A stretch of DNA of 64,000 bases from Octopus sinensis (taxonomy: Eukaryota). A program made the translations under genes and the position numbers. Of this stretch, positions 52,427-64,000 are shown in pieces. The first letter of the stretch is position 1; each line of letters starts with the position of its first letter. The notes beneath the pieces are model-generated. The model was not told the DNA's origin, did not search any database, and worked only from the letters and a program-made list of their open reading frames with translations. The stretch covers positions 12,710,001-12,774,000 of the forward strand of contig NC_043024.1 of the NCBI RefSeq assembly GCF_006345805.1, written 5' to 3'.

Positions 52427-52755
52427 ACATACATATATATATATACACATATATATATATACACATATATATATATACACATATATATATATACACACAT
52501 ATATATATATACACACATATATATATATACACATATATATATGTATATATACACACACATATATGTATATATACACATATTATATATATGTATATATACA
52601 CACATATATGTATATATACACACACAATATGTATATATACACACACATATATGTATATATACACATACATATATGTATATATACACAACACATATATGTA
52701 TATATATATATATATATAATATTATATATATATATATACTCAAATGTATAAATAT
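51899..52755. repeat. ~850-bp degenerate (TA)/(TACA)n tract
   Basis: Direct reading. Confidence 0.95.
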
Positions 52756-52993
52756 GTATGTGTTTGTTGTTTGTGTCTGTGTTTGTCCCTCCACCATCGC
52801 TTGACAACAGATTTTGGTGTGTTGACGCCGTCATTACTTAGCGGTTCATCAAAAAGAGAACGATAGAATAAGTACTTGGCTTACAGAAAATAAGTCCTGG
52901 GGTCGATTTATACGACTAAAGATGGTGCTGCAGCATGACCGCAGTTAAATGACTGAAACAAGTAAAAGAGTGTATATGTCTGTGTATATATAT

Positions 52994-53203
52994 TCTTTTA
53001 CACGTTTATTTGTTCCAGCCATTTGACTGCGGCCATGCTGGAGCACCACCTTTAGTGGAACCAATCGACACTAGGTCTTATTCTTTGTAAGCCTACTACT
53101 TCTTCTCTTGCCGATCTGCTAAGTAACGGGGACGTAAACACACCAACATCGGTGGTCAAGCGATGATAAGGGGTGGGGCGACAAACATAGAGACACAAAC
53201 ATA

Positions 53204-53235
<32 letters not shown>

Positions 53236-53295
53236 CGACGGGCTTCTCACTGAACCCGGAACCATGTGGTTGGTAAGCAAGTTACTTACCATATA
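52994..53295 (-). mobile_element. SINE family B, tail-to-tail with the upstream copy
   Basis: Reverse complement of the 3' half (52994-53200) plus a deleted head (53235-53295). Confidence 0.85.
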
Positions 53296-53438
53296 TATTT
53301 CTTTATTGCCCACAAGGGGCTAAACATAGAGGGGACGAAGGGCAGACAAAGGGATTAAGTCGATTAGATCGACCCCAGAGCGAAACAGGTACTTTATTTA
53401 TCGACCCCGAAAGGATGAAAGGCAAAGTCAACCTCGGC
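53296..53438 (-). mobile_element. SINE family A, 5'-truncated, with 15-bp TSD, inserted in a SINE B head
   Basis: TSD GTTACTTACCATATA at 53281-53295 and 53439-53453. Confidence 0.92.
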
Positions 53439-54423
53439 GTTACTTACCATATAGATGCGTATGCGCTTTTGTGTGTGTGTGCTCGTGTGTCTGTACAGAG
53501 GAAGTACCTAAACTTAGAATTAGCGACATAAAATACCGCAAATTCAGCGAATTTCTTGTAGCGGTGTCCTCCTCCTCCTCCTACTACTACTAATAATAAT
53601 TATTATTACAATGGTTTTCCTCTTAAAACTAATGATAACAGCAGCATAGAGAAACGGCCGCAACAACCAAACAAATAAGATGGAAAATTTGAAAACTGAA
53701 AATGTTCAGATGCAAAGCTATGGAGACGTACTTCGGTAACGAGGTAAAGCCAAGACACACACACACACACACACACGTCACACACACGTGTGTGTGTATA
53801 TATAAAGCGCATTAAAAGAAGCTGGGCAGAGAGAAGGCGGTGGCGGAGGGCACCAAAGAACGGAAGAGAGGTTAGAGAGTGCAAGTCTTCTCCATGAATG
53901 GTTCGTTTCATTTTGAGTGTCATTCCAAATAAATTAAATTTATTTTGGAAGAAGACATTCTTTAAAAAACAAGCGTAATGGAGAAAGACATAAAAGTTGT
54001 TAGTTAAGAGTGAAGAGATATTTTTTTCTAAGTGTGTGTGTGTGTGTGTGTCGCTCATAATTTACGTCCGTAATTGAAATATCCCCGCAGTTTTAGAATA
54101 ACAGAAATAGAATATAATAGTTGATGGTCGTGTTTGTGTGTATGTGTGTGTATTTGTAATGGTTGTGAGTGTGCATGTGTGTGAGTGTGGGTGTTTGTAT
54201 GTTAAGGTGTTTGGAGTGCTTCGTTTACGCATGCGTGAGTATATGCGTGTAGTAGTACTGTCCTTGTATTTGTGAGCGTGTGTGAGACTCAGCTATATGC
54301 ACTTGTGTCTGTATGTATAGATTGTGTGTGTGCGTGTGTGTGTGTGTGTGTATACGTTTGTATATTTGCTTCTATGCGAGAAAGTTTGTTTTCTGTGTTT
54401 TTTGTTTATTCTTCATTTGATAG

Positions 54424-54463
54424 TGTAGTTATGCCGAGTTACATGCTGCTGCTGCTACTACTA

Positions 54464-54505
<42 letters not shown>

Positions 54506-54794
54506 TTGTTAAGCAACAAGACGGGTAAGCGTGATTGGGTGATGGTCTAGGGCTTAGGGGCGGGAGAACCCAGACTTTGGTCGTCTTTTTGGTCGTCTTT
54601 TTGTAGTCGAGGGCTCTTCGTTGACGCCCCACACAACTGGGAGGTGGCCCTCCAAGTCGCTGGTAATGGAGATCTCCAGGTCCAAATCCTTCGACGGATG
54701 CTGCTGCTGCTGCCGTATGGTAATAATGTATGAGTGCTTTCGTATCCCACTCAGTTTTCTCGTAATCATTTTCAGTGACAGTTTTCGCTAACAA
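54424..54794. other. Candidate exon of an unknown host gene (strand unresolved)
   Basis: GC-rich non-repeat island; 121-aa minus ORF with upstream TTCTTGTTAG acceptor-like site; on plus, polypyrimidine-AG at 54422-54423 and CGG|GTAAGC donor at 54525. No recognisable domain. Confidence 0.3.
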
Positions 54795-54854
54795 GAATGT
54801 AATTCTTCTCTCTCACTTTTTGGAAACAAAAAATCTCGTTTAATCTCCACGAAT

Positions 54855-55056
54855 TGACAAGCTGGCAGAATGGTTGGCACGTTGGGCAAAATGCTTAACC
54901 ACATTTCGTTCGTCTTTACGTCCTGAGTTCGAATTCCACCAAGGTGGACTTTGCCTTTCATCCTTTCGAGGTCGACCAAATTACTTATAGATCACGAGGA
55001 TCGATGTAATCAACTCACCCCACCTCTCCCGAAATTGTTGGCTTTATGCCAAAATT
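54855..55056 (+). mobile_element. SINE family A, diverged monomer
   Basis: AAGCTGGCAGAATGGTTGGCAC...GAGTTCGAATTCCACCAAGGTGGACTTTGCCTTTCATCCTTTCGAGGTCG. Confidence 0.85.
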
Positions 55057-56599
55057 CGAAATCAATACATTTCAATCTTATTTTTATTCAGTCGTTAAAC
55101 ACCATTCAGTGTTGTATAACAAAGAATTTCATTGGATGCATACAGATGTTTTGCAAACAACTTGCACATACGCAAGTGCCACCAATCGAGAACTCCGCAT
55201 ACCGGAAGCCAGCAAGTGTATGGGGTCATCAGAGGAGAATGCGCGCCGTTTCGGGGCCTACCTCTGGATGACATCAATGCACATCGGCCCCCATCACTGA
55301 CACGAGGGCCCACTTGTTAGATCAATTGTTTATCAAATAAAGCTAACCATCATACTGAAAAAGAATTGGCAATTAATCGAATTTTTGCTAATAAATTAAT
55401 TACACATGTTCGTAACTTTTATTGTTGTTACTGTGGTTAGCCTCAGCTTATCTCAGACCCATCCTAACTCTTGCTTTAAAAAAATCTCTTTAAGACAGTC
55501 CAGTTTTTATCGAGTCCTGTTGTAATTCTTAAAAACTGCATCTTCCTAGAGTAAAGTGTGATTTGAAAGATCTTTCACTTCTATTTCAAGCTCAGCAAAT
55601 TCCTCAACGAGGTCTTTGATAAGTTTGAAAAGACGAGGGAGTTATACGAAGCCACTCCGTTCTTGCTAAGATTGTAGCCTTTAATTTGAGAGATAGATTT
55701 CACATCGAATTCCTGGAATATCGAATAAAGGTTTTCCCTTTTGTTCCAGTAGAGGTCTCCTCGTTCGATTCGTTAATCGTTATTTCGTTGGAACTTGTAC
55801 ATGTTTCTGCACTGTATCGATTTATTGGTTATATTTCTGAGGCTGACATTTCAGATAATATCTGGTCTCGTACAATAATTATTAAGACTTCTGTCTTGTG
55901 TTTTTAGTTCAGCATTAGCAAACTCATTTTGTTTTTAGTTAGTTTTCACAGTGAATTGTTTTCTCTGAAATATCTCGCTAAATACTGACCTCATGCGTGT
56001 TTATTTAAATTCATCTCCTTTCATCAGATAATCCGGTTTTCGATTCCCGCTGTTTCTGTTATAAGCTGTTGTTCTATCATTATTGTCAGCTGTTTCTAAA
56101 TACCCAACATCTTATTTGTACTTAATTACTCGCTTAGCAACACAAAACAAGCTTTGTTTTGTCTTCTCGCCTTGAAGCCTTTTCAGTAAAACCTGTTGGC
56201 CCTTATGCTGTAATATTAGTTTCGTTATTATTCCTATTGGAAAAGTTCCAGATGAATAACACAATTTAATTCACTGTTCTGTATATTAAATCTTTGCTAA
56301 GCTAAGACATTTTTGTTGATGCCTGTTGCCTTCTAAGAAACGCTGATTTGTTAATGAGGAATTTACTGGGAGCTTAACTTCTACTTAATTTGTTCCTTGC
56401 GGAATATTCGAGAATGCTTCTGGAACAAATATAAGACCTGATAAAAGTATAAATGTTCCCTTTTAATAATTGTATCTCATAGAAGTGAATCAAATGAAGC
56501 AATGAATCGGAACTTGCTCTGGGATAGAACTCGGGAGTTTTTCATGATAACATTGCGACCAGGTTTATTTAAAATTCCCTTAAAGGCTAGGATGAGTGG

Positions 56600-57290
56600 A
56601 AGATTCCTTGGAAAGCAAAAGAGCTGATGTGAAGCTCTTTGGCCCATGAACTTGTTTTATAAGATGGTAAAGCTTCTTGCTGGCATTTGCATCATCAGCA
56701 GCCTGAACATCACAAGCAAGTTCCTTCCACCAAGTGTCCTGCAACTTCCTGAGAGATTGTTGTAGCAGTGATTTTACACTGCTATTGTGGGCAAGTGCTA
56801 GATTTCGCTACACAGCAGAAAATCCTCTGTGTAGCAGGACATTTTGAGCATGGCACTTTACAGCCAATAATTGCTGAACTTCAGCATGATTTTCATCAAA
56901 CCAGCCTCTGTGTCTGGCAGTAACACATTCCAGTGTTTCAGTAGTACATTGAAGAACCTGGTCTCAAAAATATTCCCATGCTGCAGTATTTTCAATGCTG
57001 GACAAGCGAGCTTGAAGCTCTTTCTTCAACACAGCATCATATATCTTGTGGACATTCAGACGCTGAGGAATGCTGACTGGCCCTCTTCTCCTTTTTACTC
57101 TAATCATCATCCGGAGCTTTGCTCGAACCAGACTGTGATCTGCCCAGCATTCCGATTCGTGAAAGGACTTGACATTACAAATGTCATTGATGTCACTTTG
57201 GTCAGCTCCAGGTCGAACATAATCTAGAGAATATTATCATCTGCGTGTCCACACCGAAAACTAGTTTGTGTCCAGTGTAGTTTGAGACCC
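56600..57290 (-). pseudogene. Decayed RTE-clade LINE fragment (APE endonuclease C-terminus and linker)
   Basis: Minus: DICNVKSFHESECWADHSLVRAKLRMMI...RHRGWFDENHAEVQQLL...LRKLQDTWWKELACDVQAADDANASKKLYHLIKQVHGP; WxDH, WFDEN and WW-A-Q-AD motifs of RTE ORFs. Confidence 0.85.
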
Positions 57291-57457
57291 GTCGCATGTG
57301 ACATGGGAGATATCTGCCTGTAATATCTACAGATCATCTGATCGTGAAGAGATGTCTCACTGGGTCAATGCTATCGAGTTTCCCCTGGTAGTGACAAGTA
57401 TGTTAGAGAAAGATGGAGTAGAAATTCAAGAAGCAGACATTTCTTAGTTTGCTCTCA

Positions 57458-57720
57458 GACTGGCAGGATCATTAGAGCGTCGAGCGAAATGCTTTGTCGG
57501 CTTCACTTGGGCTCCTTGCATTTTGAGTTCAACTCCGAGCGGGGTTCCTCTTTTCTTATCATTCGGGAGTCGATAAACAAAGCAACATATTGGGGTGATG
57601 GGTCATGGGGGTCGCTAGAGCTTCGGACTGGAGGCCTTACGAGATTTATTCCGGACTTTTGCATTCTAAATTCAAATCTACCCGAGTGGTAGACTTCATA
57701 TTTCGTGCTATTTAACCGAT
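57458..57720 (+). mobile_element. Old SINE family A-related copy (two B-box-like units)
   Basis: CTGGCAGGATCATTAGAGCGTCGAGCGAAATGCTT...GAGTTCAACTCC...second CTAAATTCAAATC. Confidence 0.55.
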
Positions 57721-58592
57721 TACTCCTGCTCCTTTGGTACCTTTTGCGGTGTGCACGCTGTTGTACAGATTCAGACCAGGAGATAATCTCCCCTAAACCT
57801 CCGAAACTAGGAGGTCTTGAAAGAAATCTATTGGTCCCGTGCTTTTTTCTGACAAATCAATAAAGAAAAGCAATATGGCTAGAGAATTGATCTCACTGTG
57901 GTGGACTTTAAGAGTAAGTCTTCTACCTTCGCCTCGGGTCGACTTAAACAATGACCAAATTTAGAAAAAGACGCATATAATGATGATGATAATAATAATA
58001 ATAATAATAAACGAGACAGGAAAATTAAGAGTAAAAAGAGGAGATAAAACAGAAGTAGAAGATGATGAATAAGAAGAAAGCTGTGGGAGAAAATTAGCGG
58101 TTAAAGAATGAAGGGTGGACAAGAAGCAGAGAGATAAGAAGAGGAGAAGAAAAGTAAGAAGGACAGAAAAGGAAAATATGAAGAAGAAGAAGAAGAAAAA
58201 TGATAAAAATAAAAGAAATAAAAAAAAGTAGAACGTGACAAGGAATGAAAAGAAATCAGAATGTACAAAAGAAGCAGGTTTTAGACTTCGATAGTTTCCG
58301 AAAAGACTTTTGAGTAAATATTTGGGAAGGCACCCAAGAAGATAATGCTTTGGTTAAATTGACTGGCAAAATTCCATTGAAAGAAGATGGCAATTACGCC
58401 TTTGGATCTGTTCTGAAAATGGTTCCGACAGAGAAAATATATTGCTAGAATTCGGTGCGACCAATTAACAGGAAGCACCTTCTGTTTTGTTGTTGGCATT
58501 TTTGCCGAAATGACACACGGAATCATCCTCAGGCATTCAATGCTACGCACGCACATACATACATACATGTCTATATATATAGGAATACTATA

Positions 58593-58646
<54 letters not shown>

Positions 58647-58739
58647 TATATATATATAGGTAGATAGATAGATGTGTGGGTGTAAATTTATAAATATACG
58701 TGTGCGTGCGTACAATGCTTATATATATAATGTATACAT

Positions 58740-58787
58740 TCATATAGGTTTATAAATATATATATATATAATATACACCCACCCACC

Positions 58788-58818
<31 letters not shown>

Positions 58819-59192
58819 TGAGATATACATGCACATATATATATATATATATATATATATGTGCATATATGTATATATATTATACATACATGCATATATG
58901 CATATATATATATACATGCAAGCATATATGCATATATATACATGCAAATATGTATGTGTATATATATATATATGTGCATATATGTATATATATTTATACA
59001 TACATGCATATATGCATATATATACATGCAATATGTATGTGTATATATATATATATGTGCATATATGTATATATATTATACATACATCATATATGCATAT
59101 ATATATATAATATACATGGAAATATGTATGTGTATATATATATATATATATATATGCATATATGCATATATATATATATACATGCAAATATG

Positions 59193-59247
<55 letters not shown>

Positions 59248-59330
59248 AGATGCATTTATACATAAATGTACAAATATACGAAAGTATGTGTATATATATA
59301 TATATATTTACATATATATATGTATGTATA
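58740..59330. repeat. Compound (TA)/(TGCA) microsatellite with ~65-85-bp higher-order units
   Basis: Anchor ACATGCAAATATGTATGTGTA recurs at ~58940, 59024, 59113 and 59180. Confidence 0.8.
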
Positions 59331-59461
59331 CATATTTGCAGACACACACACACACACTAACACACCTTACACAGAGACACAGAGACATATATACACACGC
59401 ATATAGAGGCAGCTGTAAGAGTATTTAGTGTTGAATGAGAAATGAAGAAAGTAAGATGTAG

Positions 59462-59498
<37 letters not shown>

Positions 59499-59724
59499 AG
59501 GGAGATGGAGAAAGAGAGAGTGAGAAAAGCAGAGGGGAAGGCAACTGAGATTTAGAAAGAAAATTTAGCATAATAAAAGCAGATGCATATATAGAGAGGT
59601 TAATACAAAATGGCAGGGACAGATGGAGTCAGGGAATGAGAATATGTATATGTGTGCACGTACGTATATACGTATTATACATACATGCACACACCACACA
59701 CACACACACACACGGACATTTATC

Positions 59725-59768
<44 letters not shown>

Positions 59769-59904
59769 TGTGTGTGTGTGTGTTTTGTGTGTTCGTGTGA
59801 GATAGTTCTTCATGCCACCATTCAAGTTTGTCGGTTGAGCTCATCAGAATTAGGGCGAAGTTTGATTATTGTTAACGCACTCTGTTGCTTCTGTTAAATA
59901 TTTA

Positions 59905-59935
<31 letters not shown>

Positions 59936-60105
59936 TACACACACACACATATATATATATATATTATATTAAATTAGAGATAAAACCACTATTAGGCAAA
60001 TCAAACAATGAAAAACTTAAGCCAATACATAAAATTAATTAATTTATACTATTTTAAATATATATCAAAAGTATTAAAAGTTTAATAAAAGATAATGAGT
60101 AAAAC

Positions 60106-60136
<31 letters not shown>

Positions 60137-61268
60137 GATCAGCAGAGTAGTTGAGAATACTAATGTCTTACTCGGGACCTAGTTTTTCTTTCCAAATCTC
60201 TTTTTACGTTGGAACAAAATTCAACCTTCACGAGTAAATTGTGTATTACCATCTATTTCGAGCAATACTCTTTACGTTACATATTAAATTGCTTTTCGTT
60301 CAGTCTCCATTGCCAAACGTACTTTATGTATAGCCTACCATAATATCATAGATTCGACAACCTCGCTGACTAGACTACAATTACACGGAACCCGAGACAT
60401 CACGGTCAGAGAAATAATGCTTAAATAAGCAATTTGTGCATGAATGTTTTTCCATGTCTTTTGAAAAGCTATTCTGAATGCGCAGCAAATCATTCTAAAT
60501 TACGTAGAAGGAAACTTATACAACTCGATACTGAGTATTGCATCTGCGCTGCAGAATTATATTTTATGTGTTGAATGTTTTCCAAGAGAAACGAGAAGAC
60601 CTGGCAGCCTATTCACACGGCTGACGAGTGTATATTTGCACGAAACTTGAGATCTCATGGTTCGAGAAATATTTATCAATATTTCCACATCTGCGTTTGT
60701 ATTTGTGTACTGAAATGTATATCGCAAATGAGAATCAAATCTCTCTCCCTCTCTCTGTCTCTCTTTCTCTGTGTCTCTGTGTCTCTGTATCTTTCTCTCT
60801 GTCTCTCCCTCTGTGTGTGTGTATGTGTCTCTCTCTTTCAGTCTCTCTGTAAATCATTCAGACATATTCCACTTTAGAATATCAGAATATTGTTTCAGAA
60901 GAAAAATATACGATAGGAACACAGAGGAAGAAGAAGAGGAAGGAGGGTGGGGGAGGGAGAAGAAAGAAAGGAGGAGAAGAAGAAGAATAAGAAGAAGGTG
61001 TAGAAGGAATAAAAAAATACGCATAACAATAAAACAAAATGCAAGGAAATTGGTTCTTGCGAAGAAAGGTGAGATTCGATGAAATGGAGAAGGAAAAATG
61101 CAAAGTGGTGATGGGGGCGGGGGGGGGGAGGCGGTTCGCGGTGTTAAAAAGATGGAATAGAACGTGGATGTATCCTCGAGCGACGTGGGTTTTGATGAGA
61201 TCTCAATTAAGTGTTGACAAATTTGGAACTTGTTCCCAAGATTTAAGGATGAGCAACAACAAAGAAAG

Positions 61269-61316
<48 letters not shown>

Positions 61317-62056
61317 ACAACTCTATGTCACAGAAATGTCTTTAATAATATTTCACAGCCATAGTTCAGAATTAGAATTATATGTTGCTATCTGCTTCTA
61401 ATTTATTTTAGACTTCCGACAAGATAAAGAATAAAATTACCTATTTATAATCCCTTTCATGTGATAACAACACCACCATCACAATCACCAATAATAATAA
61501 TAATAATAATGATAATAATAATAACAATAATCATAATAGTGATAGTAATTGTGTCTTTCATGTAGGTCACTTTACTTGTATCGGTATCGTATCTTAAATG
61601 TAGTAAAAATAGGCTTTGGCTCTTTTATTGTTTTCATATAATAACGTGAAATTTTTTGTGTGTGTATGTGGTGGGGAGGGGTGAGTATGTAGGGGTAAGC
61701 GGTGGGTAGGGGAAATCACAGAGGGGTGGGTGATGAACGGGTGAATGGTGAGAAGATATGTGTGCAGAAGAAAAGATTCAGAGGCAGAGAATAAAGAAAA
61801 TACATAATGTCCGATACTGATAGGTTTCATGGTATACATACACACGCACACACATATATACACACACATATATATATGTACATACATACACACATACACA
61901 TATATATACATACACACACGCATATATATATATATGCATCAATTCATACACACACATACACGTATATCTGTATGTATGCAAGTAGACATGTATGTATGCT
62001 TGTGAGTATATATCGTTATATAGGTGTGTTTATATATATATACACATATATACATT

Positions 62057-62096
<40 letters not shown>

Positions 62097-63088
62097 CTCA
62101 CACATAGACACACACAAGTACATATATATAACATTCTGAATACATTAACATGTATACATTAATGAGCTTCATAAATCTGCTGTATTCGTCTCCAGAAAAC
62201 TTTTCTTACACGGGCACAGCGCTAAAAAGGACGTAAGTGTATCGGTAGCAGACGAAAATCGTCCGGCTTACGTATCAAGAAAGTGAGAGAGTGAGGTGGG
62301 GGTAGGGGTGAGAGAGCAAAGACATGATATTGTTGATAGCAGTAGCAGAGGTAGAAAAATAAATGAATATTATTGTGGATGTGACTGTGAATATACATCG
62401 ACACACACATATATATATATGCAGAGAGACACAGACAGACATAGTTATAACTTGAGAAGTCGGTGCTCACAAATACCGTCCGTAAAATAATTGTTAGGAG
62501 ACGCATTGATATAAATTTCAGCCAACAGCCATTAAACCTACAAAATCTAAGTTAAAGACATTATTTGTTCAGATGAAAATTACTTTCACCGTAGTGTTTC
62601 TTGATACAAAACACTCTCAAAGTTATTACCCGTATAAAAAAAGAATATATTTCAGAAACAATATCAACAGTTGGCGGCGAAATATTATGTTAGAATCCGC
62701 TCTATACTTTAAATGTTCTTATGTTGCCAGGAAATTCTTAAAAGGTCATGAATAGTAATTTTAACGCAAGACGTAAATATGAGATATTTAATAAAAATTG
62801 CTCCAACGCGCATTACACTTGTACAATAAACGTAGTCATATTTTGGTATTATCAGATAAATACAACTTTAAGCCCGAAAACGGAGTTCTTCGCTAATAGA
62901 AACAAATCTGCTCTCCCTTACGGCATACTACTTTGTTTATCGATCAAACGGTACTCTGTAGATGACAATGGAGAAACGAATAGATATGTGACATCGATAA
63001 CGTTAAATATCCATCTCTCTACAATATTTACATGTATATAGATATGCATAGATACATCCATATGTATATATAAATAAGTATACACATT

Positions 63089-63120
<32 letters not shown>

Positions 63121-63268
63121 GAAATATATATATATAAATATATATGCAATCTATCTATCTTTCTTCCTATCCATCTATCTATTTTTCTATCTTCCTATCT
63201 ATCTCTCTCTCTCTATCTATCTATCAATCTTCCTGTCTATCTATCACCCTCTCTCTCTCTCTATCTTG

Positions 63269-63303
<35 letters not shown>

Positions 63304-63635
63304 TATCTATCTATCTATATGCCTATGCGAGTGTGCATGAGTGCATCTAGTAGTATCTGAGAGTGTATAGGATTAGGCCTTGCTATGGTAACTTTCCTAC
63401 CTCCACCATTAACACTCCCTTCTCACACCTTCACCCCCTACCATGACCAGATGCCTCTTAAAGTACATTCTCATATGTGAGTTAATAAGGCCAAGTGGCT
63501 CGCGTAATGATGACAGCTTAATAATACACCTTTACCTTAGACAAAGCATGAAAAGCCAGTTACTTTACCTACGTTCATTTCCTTTCACATTTAGAGATAT
63601 AAATACACACACACACACACACACACACATCAACA

Positions 63636-63933
63636 TCTTTTACTCTTTTACTTGTTTCAGTCATTTGACTGCGGCCATGCAGTCGAGCCCGGGACTTATT
63701 CTATCGTTCTCTTTTGCCGAACCGCTAAGTGTTGTCAGGCAATGCTAGGGGGACAAACACAGACACACAAACATATACACACATACTTATATATATATAC
63801 ATATATACAACGGGCTTCTTTCAGTTTCCGTCTACCAAATCCACTCACAAGGCAAGATGCCACGCAGTGGGACTGAACCCGGAACCATGTGTTGGTTAGC
63901 AAGCTACTTACCACACAGCCACTCCTGCGCCTA
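63636..63933 (-). mobile_element. SINE family B with several discrete internal deletions
   Basis: Colinear with 11011-11447 but about 140 bp shorter; head intact. Confidence 0.9.
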
Positions 63934-63943
63934 TACTATATAC

Positions 63944-63980
<37 letters not shown>

Positions 63981-64000
63981 TATATTATATATATATATAT

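Larger units (their letters stand above)
51378..52970 (+). mobile_element. SINE family B split by an expanded internal microsatellite and a family E insertion
   Basis: 5' half 51378-51529; 3' half 52760-52970 (TGTTTGTCCCTCCACCATCGCTTGACAAC...GAAACAAGTAAAAGAG). Confidence 0.75.

Noticed and set aside
51851-52804. 317-aa ORF and the many other YI/HT/CV/MYVC-rich ORFs across the window
   Set aside because: Translations of (TA)n, (CA)n and (TACA)n microsatellites, which lack stop codons in several frames.

Overview
AT-rich, microsatellite-saturated eukaryotic non-coding DNA (intron or intergenic) with one 100-N scaffold gap (6045-6144). The SINE families and repeat landscape look like a cephalopod (Octopus-like) genome; this is recognition from memory, not a database result. 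No intact protein-coding gene is visible, and nearly all listed ORFs are read-throughs of (TA)n/(CA)n/(TACA)n/(GA)n repeats. Real coding signal is limited to decayed transposons: R4/Dong-type RLE LINE fragments, Penelope-like (PLE) RT and GIY-YIG fragments, an RTE LINE, Tc1/mariner relics with a MITE, and a Chapaev3-like transposase. Three tRNA-headed SINE families (here A, B, C) recur many times. The most interesting signals are: (i) several short PLE-type elements lodged in (TA)n tracts that carry hammerhead-ribozyme-like folds with non-canonical cores (an A6>U variant conserved in three copies, U-U at the base of stem II, and an RTGA...AAA variant), some inside long inverted repeats; (ii) SINE A repeatedly forming ~183-bp head-less tandem dimers at one fixed junction, sometimes with two different tails; (iii) a ~787-bp tandem duplication; (iv) one GC-rich candidate exon at ~54.4-54.8 kb.
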